Positions 1 through 9,354 are shown, numbered from the stretch's first letter. The stretch is DNA of 64,000 bases from Bacilli bacterium (GCA_050953065.1 JBMNLZ010000002.1:96001-160000), one strand, 5' to 3'. Translations and numbers: made by a program. Notes: generated from the sequence alone by a model not told the origin.

Positions 1-4
1 GTGT

Positions 5-56
5 TTATATGTATATACATACGTATGTTTATATGTATGTATGTATAAATGTATAT
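5..56. repeat. Degenerate 8-bp-period array (NNNN-ATGT, one unit inverted as ACAT); candidate centromere/operator; probably continues left of the window
   Basis: Units TTATATGT (5), ATATACAT (13), ACGTATGT (21), TTATATGT (29), ATGTATGT (37), ATAAATGT (45); 13-bp direct repeat TGTTTATATGTAT at 2 and 26. Confidence 0.7.
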
Positions 57-125
57 TTTTTAAAGTTTGGTTTTAATTTAAAAATTAAAAAAATAAATGT
101 CTAGTTTTTTAAGTGGAGGTATAAA

Positions 126-494
126 ATGAATTCAGACAATCCTGTTTTAAAGAAAAGGGAAAACCCTTTTGCAAGAACACTTTCAGACGACCCTAAAGAG
201 GTCCCAACAAAACCTGTAGTAGAAGAACCTGTAGAGCCTGTGGTTGAAAAAGAGGTTCATGAAGAACCAAAAGAAGTAAAGAAAGAAGTTGTACATGCTG
301 TTAAAAAGCCTGCCCCTGTGGCTCCAAAACAAAAAAAGGTTATTGTTACATCTGATGAGCGTGTTAAATATACAGCAACGATGGATAAAGCCTTAAGATT
401 CAGGGTAAAAATAGCTGCATTTAAGCAAGGTGTTGATTTTTCAACTTATATTGAGCAAGCTTGTGCACAGAAGTTAGAGGAGGATGGTGAATAA
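126..494 (+). CDS. Protein with disordered N-terminus and C-terminal ribbon-helix-helix; putative ParG-like centromere-binding protein
   Basis: P/E/K/V-rich linker, then RVKYTATMDKALRFRVKIAAFKQGVDFSTYIEQAC (RHH pattern); GGAGG RBS; stop overlaps parA start (TAATG). Confidence 0.7.
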   Translation: MNSDNPVLKKRENPFARTLSDDPKEVPTKPVVEEPVEPVVEKEVHEEPKEVKKEVVHAVKKPAPVAPKQKKVIVTSDERVKYTATMDKALRFRVKIAAFKQGVDFSTYIEQACAQKLEEDGE

Positions 495-1288
495 TGCCTG
501 TAATTTCGACGTTTTGTAAAAAGGGTGGCGTTGGAAAATCAACGTTTATTGGTTACTTAGCTCATTATTATGCCCTACAAGGGAAAAACATCTTAGTTAT
601 TAGTGTTGATGACCAAAACAGTATTTTTAAGATATTTGGGGCTGAAAATGCTATTTTAGAAGATGATAGGAATTATTTTGATTATCTTATTCAAGGATTT
701 ATCGAGCTTGGAGATGTTTTAATCAATATTAGGCCTAATTTAGATTTTATTAAGACTTTAAATACTGACACTCTATCTATCAAGATTACTCAAGAAAGAC
801 GATTAGAGAAAGAGATTAAAAGAATTATAGAGAGTTATAAGACTTTTTATGATTATATTTTTATAGACTTCCCTCCTGCTAGCAGTAGATTAAGCGAAGT
901 TTTGATTGATTTAAGTGATTCTGTATTAATTGTTGTTGGTTTAGATAGCTTAGGTTTGGGTGGATTTGTTAATGCTATTCAGTATTTTGTAGATAATGAC
1001 TTAGATATCGAGTTAATTAACTACATTTTACCTAACGGCTTTAGTAAAACAAAAAGAGCACCTAAGGTTTCTTTAGAAGCTTTAAAGATTCAAGCTTCTA
1101 ATTATACCCCAAATGCTTTGGTTTTACCGCCTTTAAACGATAGATCTGTTATTAAGAACCTTCAAGCAGAAGGAATTAGTGTTTTTGATAGTGCAGAATT
1201 ATCTAGATATGATACTAAATCAAGAGAAATTGTAAAAAAAGAATTAGTTGATTTGTTTGAGATGTTAAAATTTGAAAAGACCCCTTAA
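494..1288 (+). CDS. parA: ParA/Soj-family ATPase without N-terminal HTH
   Basis: Deviant Walker A KGGVGKST; SVDDQNS; YDYIFIDFPP Walker B. Confidence 0.9.
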   Translation: MPVISTFCKKGGVGKSTFIGYLAHYYALQGKNILVISVDDQNSIFKIFGAENAILEDDRNYFDYLIQGFIELGDVLINIRPNLDFIKTLNTDTLSIKITQERRLEKEIKRIIESYKTFYDYIFIDFPPASSRLSEVLIDLSDSVLIVVGLDSLGLGGFVNAIQYFVDNDLDIELINYILPNGFSKTKRAPKVSLEALKIQASNYTPNALVLPPLNDRSVIKNLQAEGISVFDSAELSRYDTKSREIVKKELVDLFEMLKFEKTP

Positions 1289-1305
1289 AAAAGAGGTCTT
1301 TTTTT
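1275..1305. terminator. Bidirectional intrinsic terminator between parA and dnaN
   Basis: AAAAGACC...GGTCTTTT hairpin between convergent genes. Confidence 0.65.
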
Positions 1306-2429
1306 TATACAACTCTAATCGGAACTATCAGTTGTACCAAATTATCATCCTTTTCACCTGTTAAAACAAATGGTTTTAACTCTCCTGTGAAGTGAATTGT
1401 TATTTCTGTTGAGTCAAAAGCTTTTAAAGCTTCAATTAAATACTTTGCACTGCAAGCAATTTGGAAAGAAATCGCTGGATCTACGTCAATTGGTGCTATT
1501 TCTTCAACTACATTACCAATTTCATTGTTAATTGAGTTTAGTTTAACAACCTTGTTTGGATCAGTCACAATCTTTACAATTGTATTTTCTTCAAGATTTG
1601 TAAAAATGGTAGTTCTTTCAATAGCGTTAATTAATTCTGTTTTATTAAATTTAATATGAGTTAAGTAGTTTTCTGGAATTAAATTACTTGTATTTGGATA
1701 AACACCTTCAATTAACCTTGTTTGGAATAAAATGTTTTTGTATTTTATTAAAGCTTTTGTTAAGAAAAGATGTATTTCTATCGTACATTCAAAATCTTCT
1801 ACAATTCTATTTATCTCTTCTAGGCTTTTACGAGGGATAATAACACTTGTTTTAGGATTTGTTTTATCTAAAACAATCTTTTTCTTCGCAAGACGGAAGC
1901 TATCAGTAGCTACACTTTGAATTTCGTTGTTTTCAACCGTTAGATGAACCCCCATTAAAACTGTTTTTGATTCAGAAAGTGATGTTGCGAAAGATGTATT
2001 TCTTATAATACGCTTTAATTCATCACTTTTTAAGTTAACAACAACATTGCTTTCATCAAAAGCAAGCATTGGGAAGTTTGTTTTATCTAAGATATTCATT
2101 GAAATGTTACTTTTGTAAGCATATATCTTTAAAATTGTTTCTTCAAAGATTGCGAAGGTAATATCTTTTGAATCTATTTTTCTAACTGCATCAAGTAAAT
2201 ATTTGCCAGGTACTAAAACACTTCCTGTTTCTTCAATTTGTAGGTTTTCTCCTTGAGTTATATTTACTTTAATCGAAATATCTGAATTTGTTGCTGTTAG
2301 GTAAAGTATTTCTTTTTCAACTTCAATCATTATTCCAGACATCGCTGGCATTTGAACTTTAGCTGATAAAGCTTTTGAGACGTGATTTAAACTAAAAAGT
2401 AATTCATCACGGTTAATTGTGAATTTCAT
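1305..2429 (-). CDS. dnaN: DNA polymerase III beta clamp
   Basis: MKFTINRDEL start, VATDSFRLA, RLIEGVYP; directly downstream of dnaA. Confidence 0.97.
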   Translation of the reverse strand: MKFTINRDELLFSLNHVSKALSAKVQMPAMSGIMIEVEKEILYLTATNSDISIKVNITQGENLQIEETGSVLVPGKYLLDAVRKIDSKDITFAIFEETILKIYAYKSNISMNILDKTNFPMLAFDESNVVVNLKSDELKRIIRNTSFATSLSESKTVLMGVHLTVENNEIQSVATDSFRLAKKKIVLDKTNPKTSVIIPRKSLEEINRIVEDFECTIEIHLFLTKALIKYKNILFQTRLIEGVYPNTSNLIPENYLTHIKFNKTELINAIERTTIFTNLEENTIVKIVTDPNKVVKLNSINNEIGNVVEEIAPIDVDPAISFQIACSAKYLIEALKAFDSTEITIHFTGELKPFVLTGEKDDNLVQLIVPIRVV

Positions 2430-2512
2430 AAAATTTCTCCTTATATATATATTTAATTATAAAAACTATATTATGTTTATTAAGTAGTGTGGAAAAGTGG
2501 AAAACTATTATT
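2430..2512 (-). promoter_or_regulatory. oriC part: tandem DnaA boxes followed by an AT-rich unwinding region
   Basis: TGTGGAAAA at 2488-2496 and AGTGGAAAA at 2496-2504 (minus strand TTTTCCACA/TTTTCCACT); then CTACTT and an AT-rich TATATATAT tract, similar to the Bacillus dnaA-dnaN spacer. Confidence 0.75.
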
Positions 2513-3883
2513 TTAATCAATTAATTTAGTTAAATTGTCAATATCTTGTTTAGTTAAAGGGTTAGAAGTAAGTAAATCTTTAATTTTTTGGAAACTATGA
2601 GCAATTGTTGCATGGTCTCTGTTTCCTAAAGCTTTACCAATAGAAGTTAAAGGCGTATCGTGTTTAGTTTTAACCAAATAAACAAAAACATGACGAGCAT
2701 AAGCTATTTTGTTTTTTCTTGAGCTAGAAGAAAGGTCGCTTGTTGAAATACCAAAGTATTTTGCAACAATTCCTTTAATTTTTTCAATTTCAGCATCATC
2801 TGATGCTTCGCTCTTATTATCATCTGGTAAAATCCCATCTAAAGCAACTTTTACATTTTCTTTATTAAATGGAAGATCAAAAGAAACACAATAACTTATA
2901 AACCTTTTTAAAGCTCCTTCTAATTCCCTGATATTAACTGTAAAGATAGATGAAATTTCATTTAAAGCATCTTCTTCAACAAGTTCTGGATTAGAAACAA
3001 AAGATTTTAGTTTCTTTTTTAAGATTCCTAGTCTTAAAGCATCATCTGGAGCACCGATTTCAACAGCCAACCCCCAAGAGAACCTTGTAACAAGTCTTGA
3101 CATCATGTTCTTAAGGCTTTTGGCTGGTCTATCAGATGTTAAAACGATTTGCTTGTTGTGTGAATGTAGATAATCAAAGACTTTAAAGAATTCTTCTTGA
3201 GTAGAAGCTTTACCATCTAAAAACTGAATATCATCAACCAGCAGCACATCCGCTGATCTATAATAATTATAGAAAGTTTCAATTTCAGCTTTACCTTTTG
3301 GAATATTTGTATAATAAAAATAATCTTCGGTAAATTGTTGAGCTGTTGTATAGACAACATTCTTATTAATATCATTATCTAAAACAAAATGGCCAATAGC
3401 AGTCATTAAGTGAGTTTTCCCCAAACCGACTTCCCCAAAGATATAAAGAGGGTTTAAAACTGCATAAGGTGATTCAGCAATCTGCAAAGCTTGTGATGCT
3501 GCGAACCTATTGCTAGTTCCAATAACGAAGTTATTGAAAGTATATTCAGGTTTTAGTGGTCTTAAACTAATTTCACGCATTCTTTTTGTTTCTTGCGGAT
3601 CATCTTTAAAAACACCTTTAGATTGGTCAATTTCTTCTTCTAAAATGAACTTAAACATCATTTTAGTATCTGTTAGAGTGTTTAAGATTTCGTTCATTCT
3701 ATTTAAATAGAATTGTTCTAATCTAAATTTAATTAAAGCATTTTTAACAACAACAAAAATAAAACCTCTTTCAGTTTTATGTACTTTAGATAAATCAGCA
3801 AAAAGTTCAGAATAAGCATCATCTTTAACTTCAGTTTTTAGATTGTCTAGCACAGTTTGTAAAAGATTGGTACTTTCATCCAT
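2513..3883 (-). CDS. dnaA: Chromosomal replication initiator DnaA
   Basis: NPLYIFGEVGLGKTHL, LLVDDIQFL, RDHATIAH; ATG at 3883 preceded by AGGAGA is the likely start, not the ORF-track start at 3931. Confidence 0.98.
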   Translation of the reverse strand: MDESTNLLQTVLDNLKTEVKDDAYSELFADLSKVHKTERGFIFVVVKNALIKFRLEQFYLNRMNEILNTLTDTKMMFKFILEEEIDQSKGVFKDDPQETKRMREISLRPLKPEYTFNNFVIGTSNRFAASQALQIAESPYAVLNPLYIFGEVGLGKTHLMTAIGHFVLDNDINKNVVYTTAQQFTEDYFYYTNIPKGKAEIETFYNYYRSADVLLVDDIQFLDGKASTQEEFFKVFDYLHSHNKQIVLTSDRPAKSLKNMMSRLVTRFSWGLAVEIGAPDDALRLGILKKKLKSFVSNPELVEEDALNEISSIFTVNIRELEGALKRFISYCVSFDLPFNKENVKVALDGILPDDNKSEASDDAEIEKIKGIVAKYFGISTSDLSSSSRKNKIAYARHVFVYLVKTKHDTPLTSIGKALGNRDHATIAHSFQKIKDLLTSNPLTKQDIDNLTKLID

Positions 3884-3919
3884 ATCTATCTCTCCTAAAT
3901 AGTAAAAATCAACGTAAAT

Positions 3920-4060
3920 AGATAATACCACAAATCTTGAAAATAATAAAGGTTAAAATGAATTTTTTTTTAACATTTCCACATGTTGAAAAACAAATGA
4001 TAAAGTAGGGATAACAAAACAAGTTTTTAAATAAATATCAACACGTGGAAAAGTTGAAAG
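3920..4060. promoter_or_regulatory. oriC part / dnaA promoter region with degenerate DnaA boxes
   Basis: ATTTCCACA (3975) back-to-back with TGTTGAAAA; ATATCAACA next to CGTGGAAAA (about 4035-4052). Confidence 0.65.
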
Positions 4061-4157
4061 ATATAAATATAACTTATAAAACAAAAAATTAGTTGCAAAA
4101 AGCTAAAAGGTGTTGTAAAATGGTAAAGCAAGAATATTTTAGGAGGAATACTAAAAA

Positions 4158-5264
4158 ATGAACCAATCAAAAGATGTGGCTAAAGAATCTATCTTTAAAA
4201 AGATTTTTGGCGGTGTAGGAAGTTTAAATAGTACTTTAATTTTATTTATTTGTTTACTTTATGCAATAGCGTTGCTTGCGATATATACAATTATTAAACC
4301 TGTCTATCATTATATTGCAATACCACCTTATGAACACGTGATTTATCATGAAGATGTTAATCCTTATATTCACGTAACAGCAAACAGAACTTATAATGAT
4401 GATAAAAAAGATTTTGATTTAAGTTATGATGTTATTGCGGTAATTACATCTTCTGCATCAGGAGAAGCTTATCGAAGAGAAAACCTAAAGTTTTCAATGA
4501 GTTCTTTAACTACTTCAAACAAAATGTATTACTTCACAGATATGTCAGGTTATAACACACCAATCTCACATAGCTTTAGTATGGATAACAGAGATAAAGA
4601 ACAAGTACCAAGTGCTTTGTTTATTAATCTTAGATATATGAAAAGAGTTTATGATGAAGAAAACAATATGACCAGAGAATGGGCTTCAACATCTTTAAGA
4701 GAAGAAGTAATGAATGATTTAATAGAAGATGAAGAAAATGTTTATAGTGCAAGTAGCTTATCAGTTGAAGAGTTCTTTACAGTTATTTTAACTGTTAATA
4801 AAGATGCTGATTCTGAAAAAGATAGATATACCACAAGAATCAATATTACAATCCCTGATAAAACAAAAAGATATCATGTAGATATGCAATCTTGGTTGGT
4901 AGATGAAAGTGGAGAAAATGTCTATCCTTATATTGGTGTTTATGGTTATAGTAGTAATACAACTAACTATTCATCAATTGGTTCTCAACCAATCGATGCC
5001 AGATTAAATGCAAAAACACTTTATCTTAAAGCAACATATTATGATGAATTAGATAACGTTAAAACTTTATTATATAAAAATGAATTAGAAAATTTAGTTT
5101 CAGGTCAAATCATTTCTGGGGAAGATAATTTACCACCAACAGTTGGTGCTAAAGAAGTTTCACCTTGGGTCTATGTAGGAGTTGCGTTAGGAACACTAAT
5201 TGCGGCTTCAGGAGTTACAGGGGTTATCTTATATATGAAAAAGAAAAAACAAACAGCGATTTAA
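4158..5264 (+). CDS. Hypothetical membrane protein with N- and C-terminal TM helices and an extracellular domain
   Basis: Hydrophobic segments at both ends, KKKK tail; AGGAGG RBS; TTGCAA-17-TAAAAT promoter at 4093-4121. Confidence 0.8.
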   Translation: MNQSKDVAKESIFKKIFGGVGSLNSTLILFICLLYAIALLAIYTIIKPVYHYIAIPPYEHVIYHEDVNPYIHVTANRTYNDDKKDFDLSYDVIAVITSSASGEAYRRENLKFSMSSLTTSNKMYYFTDMSGYNTPISHSFSMDNRDKEQVPSALFINLRYMKRVYDEENNMTREWASTSLREEVMNDLIEDEENVYSASSLSVEEFFTVILTVNKDADSEKDRYTTRINITIPDKTKRYHVDMQSWLVDESGENVYPYIGVYGYSSNTTNYSSIGSQPIDARLNAKTLYLKATYYDELDNVKTLLYKNELENLVSGQIISGEDNLPPTVGAKEVSPWVYVGVALGTLIAASGVTGVILYMKKKKQTAI

Positions 5265-5278
5265 AAATCGCTGTTTTT
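5251..5278. terminator. Bidirectional terminator
   Basis: AAACAGCGATTT-AA-AAATCGCTGTTT perfect hairpin between convergent genes. Confidence 0.8.
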
Positions 5279-7214
5279 AATTTGTAATTGGCTTTTTATA
5301 ATTTAAAGTGTTAACAGTAGAATCAACTATGTATGAGCAGGTAACATATAAAAAGGTAGGTTCAAAATAACTATAAATAGGAGTATATGCTTGGAAGTCA
5401 AGATTTCTTGTATTATCGGAATAATTATAAACTCCTACAACCGGTAAAAGCCCAAAATCTTTTGTATCTACCCAAACTTGTAAGTCAAGAGCATAACTAG
5501 CTAATTTATTAACAATGTTTACAGATAAAACACCAATATCATAACTTAGAATATATTCTTGATTAGCGGTTTCTCTTTCTATAATATCAATACTTATAGA
5601 AAAGTAATTAGTTAAAAAGTCATCATTACCAAAAATAGATGTATCTGTTGGAGTTGACATAAGAGTTTTTTTATAAGTTAGAGATTTATTTAAAGAGGCT
5701 TCATCTAAATAGTTAATATCTACAAAAACTTCTTTTGGTAAAAAAGATTTATTGTGAGTTGAAGTTAAAGAGAAGTTACTAATTAAACTTAAAGAGTTAT
5801 TAAAATAAGCAATTCTATCAGTTAAAGAAGAAACAGCTAAAGAACTTGATCCAGTATAAGGTGTAGCAGAATTTCTACTCTTATTAATTAAAGCAAAACG
5901 GCTAGTTGATTTTAGACTTCCAGAAGAACTTGTTTCGTTGGTTGTGATAACTCTTAAATGGCTATCTAAAAAATCATTAACTGTAAAGTGTGAATAATTT
6001 TCTGGCAAATGATAAACGACGTTTTCATAATCAGCGTTTTCCATTGTATTAATTAAAAGTTTTAAAACGTTGTTTTTTGTTTTAGCACTTTGAGTAATTT
6101 CGCCTTTTTCTACTTTAAAGATTAAAGGTAATTCATTAAGTGGAATTTTTAAATCATCAAAGTTTGTTCTCCAAGCTGTATTATCGCTTGAAAAGCTATC
6201 CGATAAACAAATAACATTCCTAGTGTTATTAATATTGAAAGCATAAAGTTTAAGATAGTCACTTATATTTAAATAATCGTTTCTTAAGTTAAGATAATCA
6301 ATAATTGTATTTTCAATTAAAGAGTTATCTTTTCCAGAGTCATAAACAAAAACATAGTATTTATTTGGTTTTTCATAGAGTTGTTGTTGATATAATTGTT
6401 CAACTTGTGAGAATGAAGAATAATCAATTCTTTCTATAATATTGATTTCAACAAAAGCAACACTTTCAAATCCTTCAATTGAAGCTTGTATAACTGCTTT
6501 ACCTAAAGAAAGGGCAGTTACCTCACCACGACTTGTAATAGTTGCTTTATCTGGGGTTAGACTTTCCCAATAAATTGTTGCATCATAATAAGGGTTAGGA
6601 CTAGCATTTAAAGAAATTGTTTGATTAACAAAAATATCGTAGGCTCCATCTATTATTAAAGTAGGAGTTGTTGGAATAACTGTTAAATCAATGGCATCGT
6701 AGTAACTTGGATTATCTGTGTAGTAGACTTTAATAGTTGTAATGCCAGCTGACAAGCAACTTAAAAAGCCGTTATTAGTAATAGTAGCAACGCTTGTATT
6801 ACTACTTTCCCAAGCAAGTAAGTTAGAACTAAAATTAGTTCTAGTTGTAAGGTAGGTTTGCATGCCTGGTTCAAAAGTTATAAAAGGGGAGTTAATAAAT
6901 AAGTTAACAATGGTAATGTTTCTTGTTGCTTTAACATCTTTGTTATTATTATAATAAAGTGTAATTACAACATTTCCTGTTGAAACTCCTTTAACAACCC
7001 CTTCTTGTGTTACAACAGCAATACTTGTATCAGAAGAAGTCCAAGTAAGGTTTGTTTTTAAGTTTTTAATGCCTTGAAGAGAGTAGGATATTTTATGCGT
7101 TTCACCAATTTTTAAAGCATTTACACTATCTGGTGTAAAAAAGATATCGGGTTCAGCTCTTCCGCAGCCACTCAAAGCTATCAATATAAATAAAAGGAAT
7201 AAAAGCTTTTTCAT
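5277..7214 (-). CDS. Lipoprotein with three Ig-like (Big_2-type) repeats, a possible thioredoxin-like fold and an unknown C-terminal domain
   Basis: Lipobox LSGC; repeats WTSSDTSIAVV, WESSNTSVATI, WESLTPDKATI. Confidence 0.75.
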   Translation of the reverse strand: MKKLLFLLFILIALSGCGRAEPDIFFTPDSVNALKIGETHKISYSLQGIKNLKTNLTWTSSDTSIAVVTQEGVVKGVSTGNVVITLYYNNNKDVKATRNITIVNLFINSPFITFEPGMQTYLTTRTNFSSNLLAWESSNTSVATITNNGFLSCLSAGITTIKVYYTDNPSYYDAIDLTVIPTTPTLIIDGAYDIFVNQTISLNASPNPYYDATIYWESLTPDKATITSRGEVTALSLGKAVIQASIEGFESVAFVEINIIERIDYSSFSQVEQLYQQQLYEKPNKYYVFVYDSGKDNSLIENTIIDYLNLRNDYLNISDYLKLYAFNINNTRNVICLSDSFSSDNTAWRTNFDDLKIPLNELPLIFKVEKGEITQSAKTKNNVLKLLINTMENADYENVVYHLPENYSHFTVNDFLDSHLRVITTNETSSSGSLKSTSRFALINKSRNSATPYTGSSSLAVSSLTDRIAYFNNSLSLISNFSLTSTHNKSFLPKEVFVDINYLDEASLNKSLTYKKTLMSTPTDTSIFGNDDFLTNYFSISIDIIERETANQEYILSYDIGVLSVNIVNKLASYALDLQVWVDTKDFGLLPVVGVYNYSDNTRNLDFQAYTPIYSYFEPTFLYVTCSYIVDSTVNTLNYKKPITN

Positions 7215-7286
7215 ATGTGTCTCCTTTTTTTTAATATTATAATCTTTTTATTTTAAAAAAGCAATAAAACAAAAAAAGAACCGAAA

Positions 7287-7907
7287 CTATTTTTTCGGTT
7301 CAATAATTAAATGTCTATCTGGTTCTTCACCTTCTGAGTGAGTTGTAACATCAGTCCAGCTAGCTAGTTTGCTGTGGATAATTTTTCTTTCATAAGAGTT
7401 GAAATTATCAAGTTTAATTGGTTTTTTAGTTTTAGAAACTTGTTTACCATATTCAACAGCCATTGCTTCAAGTTGTCTTTCTCTCCTTTTCTTATAACCA
7501 CTTATATCAATTAAAACAGTCTTTTGATCTTCTTCTGAATAATATTTATTAATAACGATTGGTAGGATTGTTTGAAGTGCGACTAAACCACGAGCATTCT
7601 TACCAATTAAATAACCATTAAAATCTCCTGCTTCAATATTAAACTCAACTTGGTTATCTCTTATTTTCTTTTCAACAAAAGCATCTATATCGTTGTGTTT
7701 AAAGATTGTTTGAAGATATTCTTTGCCTTTTTCAATTCCATCAACTGTACAAGTTACTTCAACTTCAATCTTTCCACCCATACCTAAAAATCCTTTTTTT
7801 TCTGATAATACTTCAAATTCAAGTTCAGAAGCAGGAATCCCTAATTCGTTAACTGCTAATTCTTTTGCTTCTTCAATTGATTTTACTTCAAATATTTTTT
7901 TAATCAT
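7287..7907 (-). CDS. jag: Jag/EloR/KhpB RNA-binding protein
   Basis: Jag_N (KGFLGMG), KH (LIGKNA) and R3H (ERKIIH) motifs; follows yidC. Confidence 0.93.
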   Translation of the reverse strand: MIKKIFEVKSIEEAKELAVNELGIPASELEFEVLSEKKGFLGMGGKIEVEVTCTVDGIEKGKEYLQTIFKHNDIDAFVEKKIRDNQVEFNIEAGDFNGYLIGKNARGLVALQTILPIVINKYYSEEDQKTVLIDISGYKKRRERQLEAMAVEYGKQVSKTKKPIKLDNFNSYERKIIHSKLASWTDVTTHSEGEEPDRHLIIEPKK

Positions 7908-7919
7908 TTTTTTATTCTC

Positions 7920-8834
7920 CTAATATTTAGCTTTTAATTTTTCTAATCTAACTGCGCTTCTTTTATGAGCGATATAACTTTGCATAGCAGAGTATGTATT
8001 ACCAACTAACCAATAAAAACCTAAGGCAGCTGGAGAAGTCAATACAAAGACAGCCATCATAATTGTCATACCATAAATCATATACTTCATCATTTTTTCT
8101 GATTGGATTTGTTGTTCTGTTTTTTCAGGTCTTCTGTATTCTGGAACATCAGATTGCATATCTTCACGCATTTTGCTTTGACGTTTAGTTATTAATACTT
8201 GACTTAATATTTGAGTTGCAGCAACTAATACAGCAAGGATTACTACTGCCCACATTTGCCAGTTCCCCCAAGCTGCTTTACCTGCACCAAGAAAAAGGTC
8301 TACACCTAAGATATTGTGGTTTAGAAAACCAAAATCTAATCGTAATCCTTCAATATTACAAGTTGCAGGAATTCTTCTTACAACCGAGAAGAAAGCAAGG
8401 AAGATTGGCATTTGAATAAATGGCATCAAACATCCACCAATTCCAAGTCCGTATTTCTTATATAATTGCATCATTTCCATTTGCATTCTTTGTTTACTTT
8501 CAGGATCATCTTTTCCTTGATATTTAGCTTGAATTTTTGCTTGTTCAGGTCCAATTAATTGCATTTTTAAACTCATATCATTTGTTTTACTATAAATTGG
8601 CCATGCTAGAGTTCTTACTATAATAGTAGCAAATAAAATAACTAGGGCATAGTTTCCAAAAGCAATAGATTTTCCTAATATATAGAAAAGCCCTGCCATT
8701 GGCCAAACAAATAAATCCATAAAGCCTGAAAAGCCTTGAATAGGTCCATCAGCTCTAGAGGATCCACAACCGGTTAATAAAAATAATAATGTTACAAAAA
8801 CAATTGGCAAAATAAATTTTCTAAAGTTTTTCAT
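7920..8834 (-). CDS. yidC: Membrane protein insertase YidC
   Basis: Lipobox LTGC, GGCLMPFIQMPIF, ALGFYW; gene context. Confidence 0.95.
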   Translation of the reverse strand: MKNFRKFILPIVFVTLLFLLTGCGSSRADGPIQGFSGFMDLFVWPMAGLFYILGKSIAFGNYALVILFATIIVRTLAWPIYSKTNDMSLKMQLIGPEQAKIQAKYQGKDDPESKQRMQMEMMQLYKKYGLGIGGCLMPFIQMPIFLAFFSVVRRIPATCNIEGLRLDFGFLNHNILGVDLFLGAGKAAWGNWQMWAVVILAVLVAATQILSQVLITKRQSKMREDMQSDVPEYRRPEKTEQQIQSEKMMKYMIYGMTIMMAVFVLTSPAALGFYWLVGNTYSAMQSYIAHKRSAVRLEKLKAKY

Positions 8835-9168
8835 CAGTGCTCCTTTTAATAATTTTATTTAAAAGAGATTTTAATTCGTTTGATTTTTCTTCAAAAGATA
8901 AATCAATTATTGAAGTTTTAGCAATAATTAAAAATGAATATCCTTTTAAGAAGTCAATCTCTTGTCTTAAGATTTCTTTTAAAACGCGTTTATAATAGTT
9001 TCTTTTAACTGCGTTTCCAAACTTTTTTGAAATAGAAATCGCAAACAAAGGTTTATCTAAGTCGTGCTTTAAATAGTAAACAACGTAATACTTATTCCCG
9101 ATGGTTTGTTTTTTGTCGAGTAAAGCTTTTATTTGATGATTTTTTTTAAGCGTATATATTTTATTCAT
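8821..9168 (-). CDS. rnpA: RNase P protein component
   Basis: ISKKFGNAVKRNYYKR motif; between rpmH and yidC. Confidence 0.93.
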   Translation of the reverse strand: MNKIYTLKKNHQIKALLDKKQTIGNKYYVVYYLKHDLDKPLFAISISKKFGNAVKRNYYKRVLKEILRQEIDFLKGYSFLIIAKTSIIDLSFEEKSNELKSLLNKIIKRSTDEKL

Positions 9169-9219
9169 ACAAAAAAAAGACCTCTCTTATTATATTTGAC
9201 ATAACGAGTGGTCCATTTT

Positions 9220-9354
9220 TTAAGCTGATAATCTAGTTCTACCTTTTCTTCTTCTGCGAGATAAAACGGCTCTTCCACCAACAGTCTTCATGCGAGCACG
9301 AAAACCATGAGTCTTACTATGTTTACGTCTATTTGGTTGAAATGTTCTTTTCAT
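9220..9354 (-). CDS. rpmH: 50S ribosomal protein L34 (absent from the ORF track)
   Basis: Translates to [44 protein letters not shown]; AGGAGG RBS. Confidence 0.98.
   Translation of the reverse strand: MKRTFQPNRRKHSKTHGFRARMKTVGGRAVLSRRRRKGRTRLSA

Noticed and set aside
4037-4052. parS-like CACGTGGAA core
   Set aside because: Only about 10 of 16 positions match the parS palindrome and the left arm is missing; better explained as back-to-back DnaA boxes
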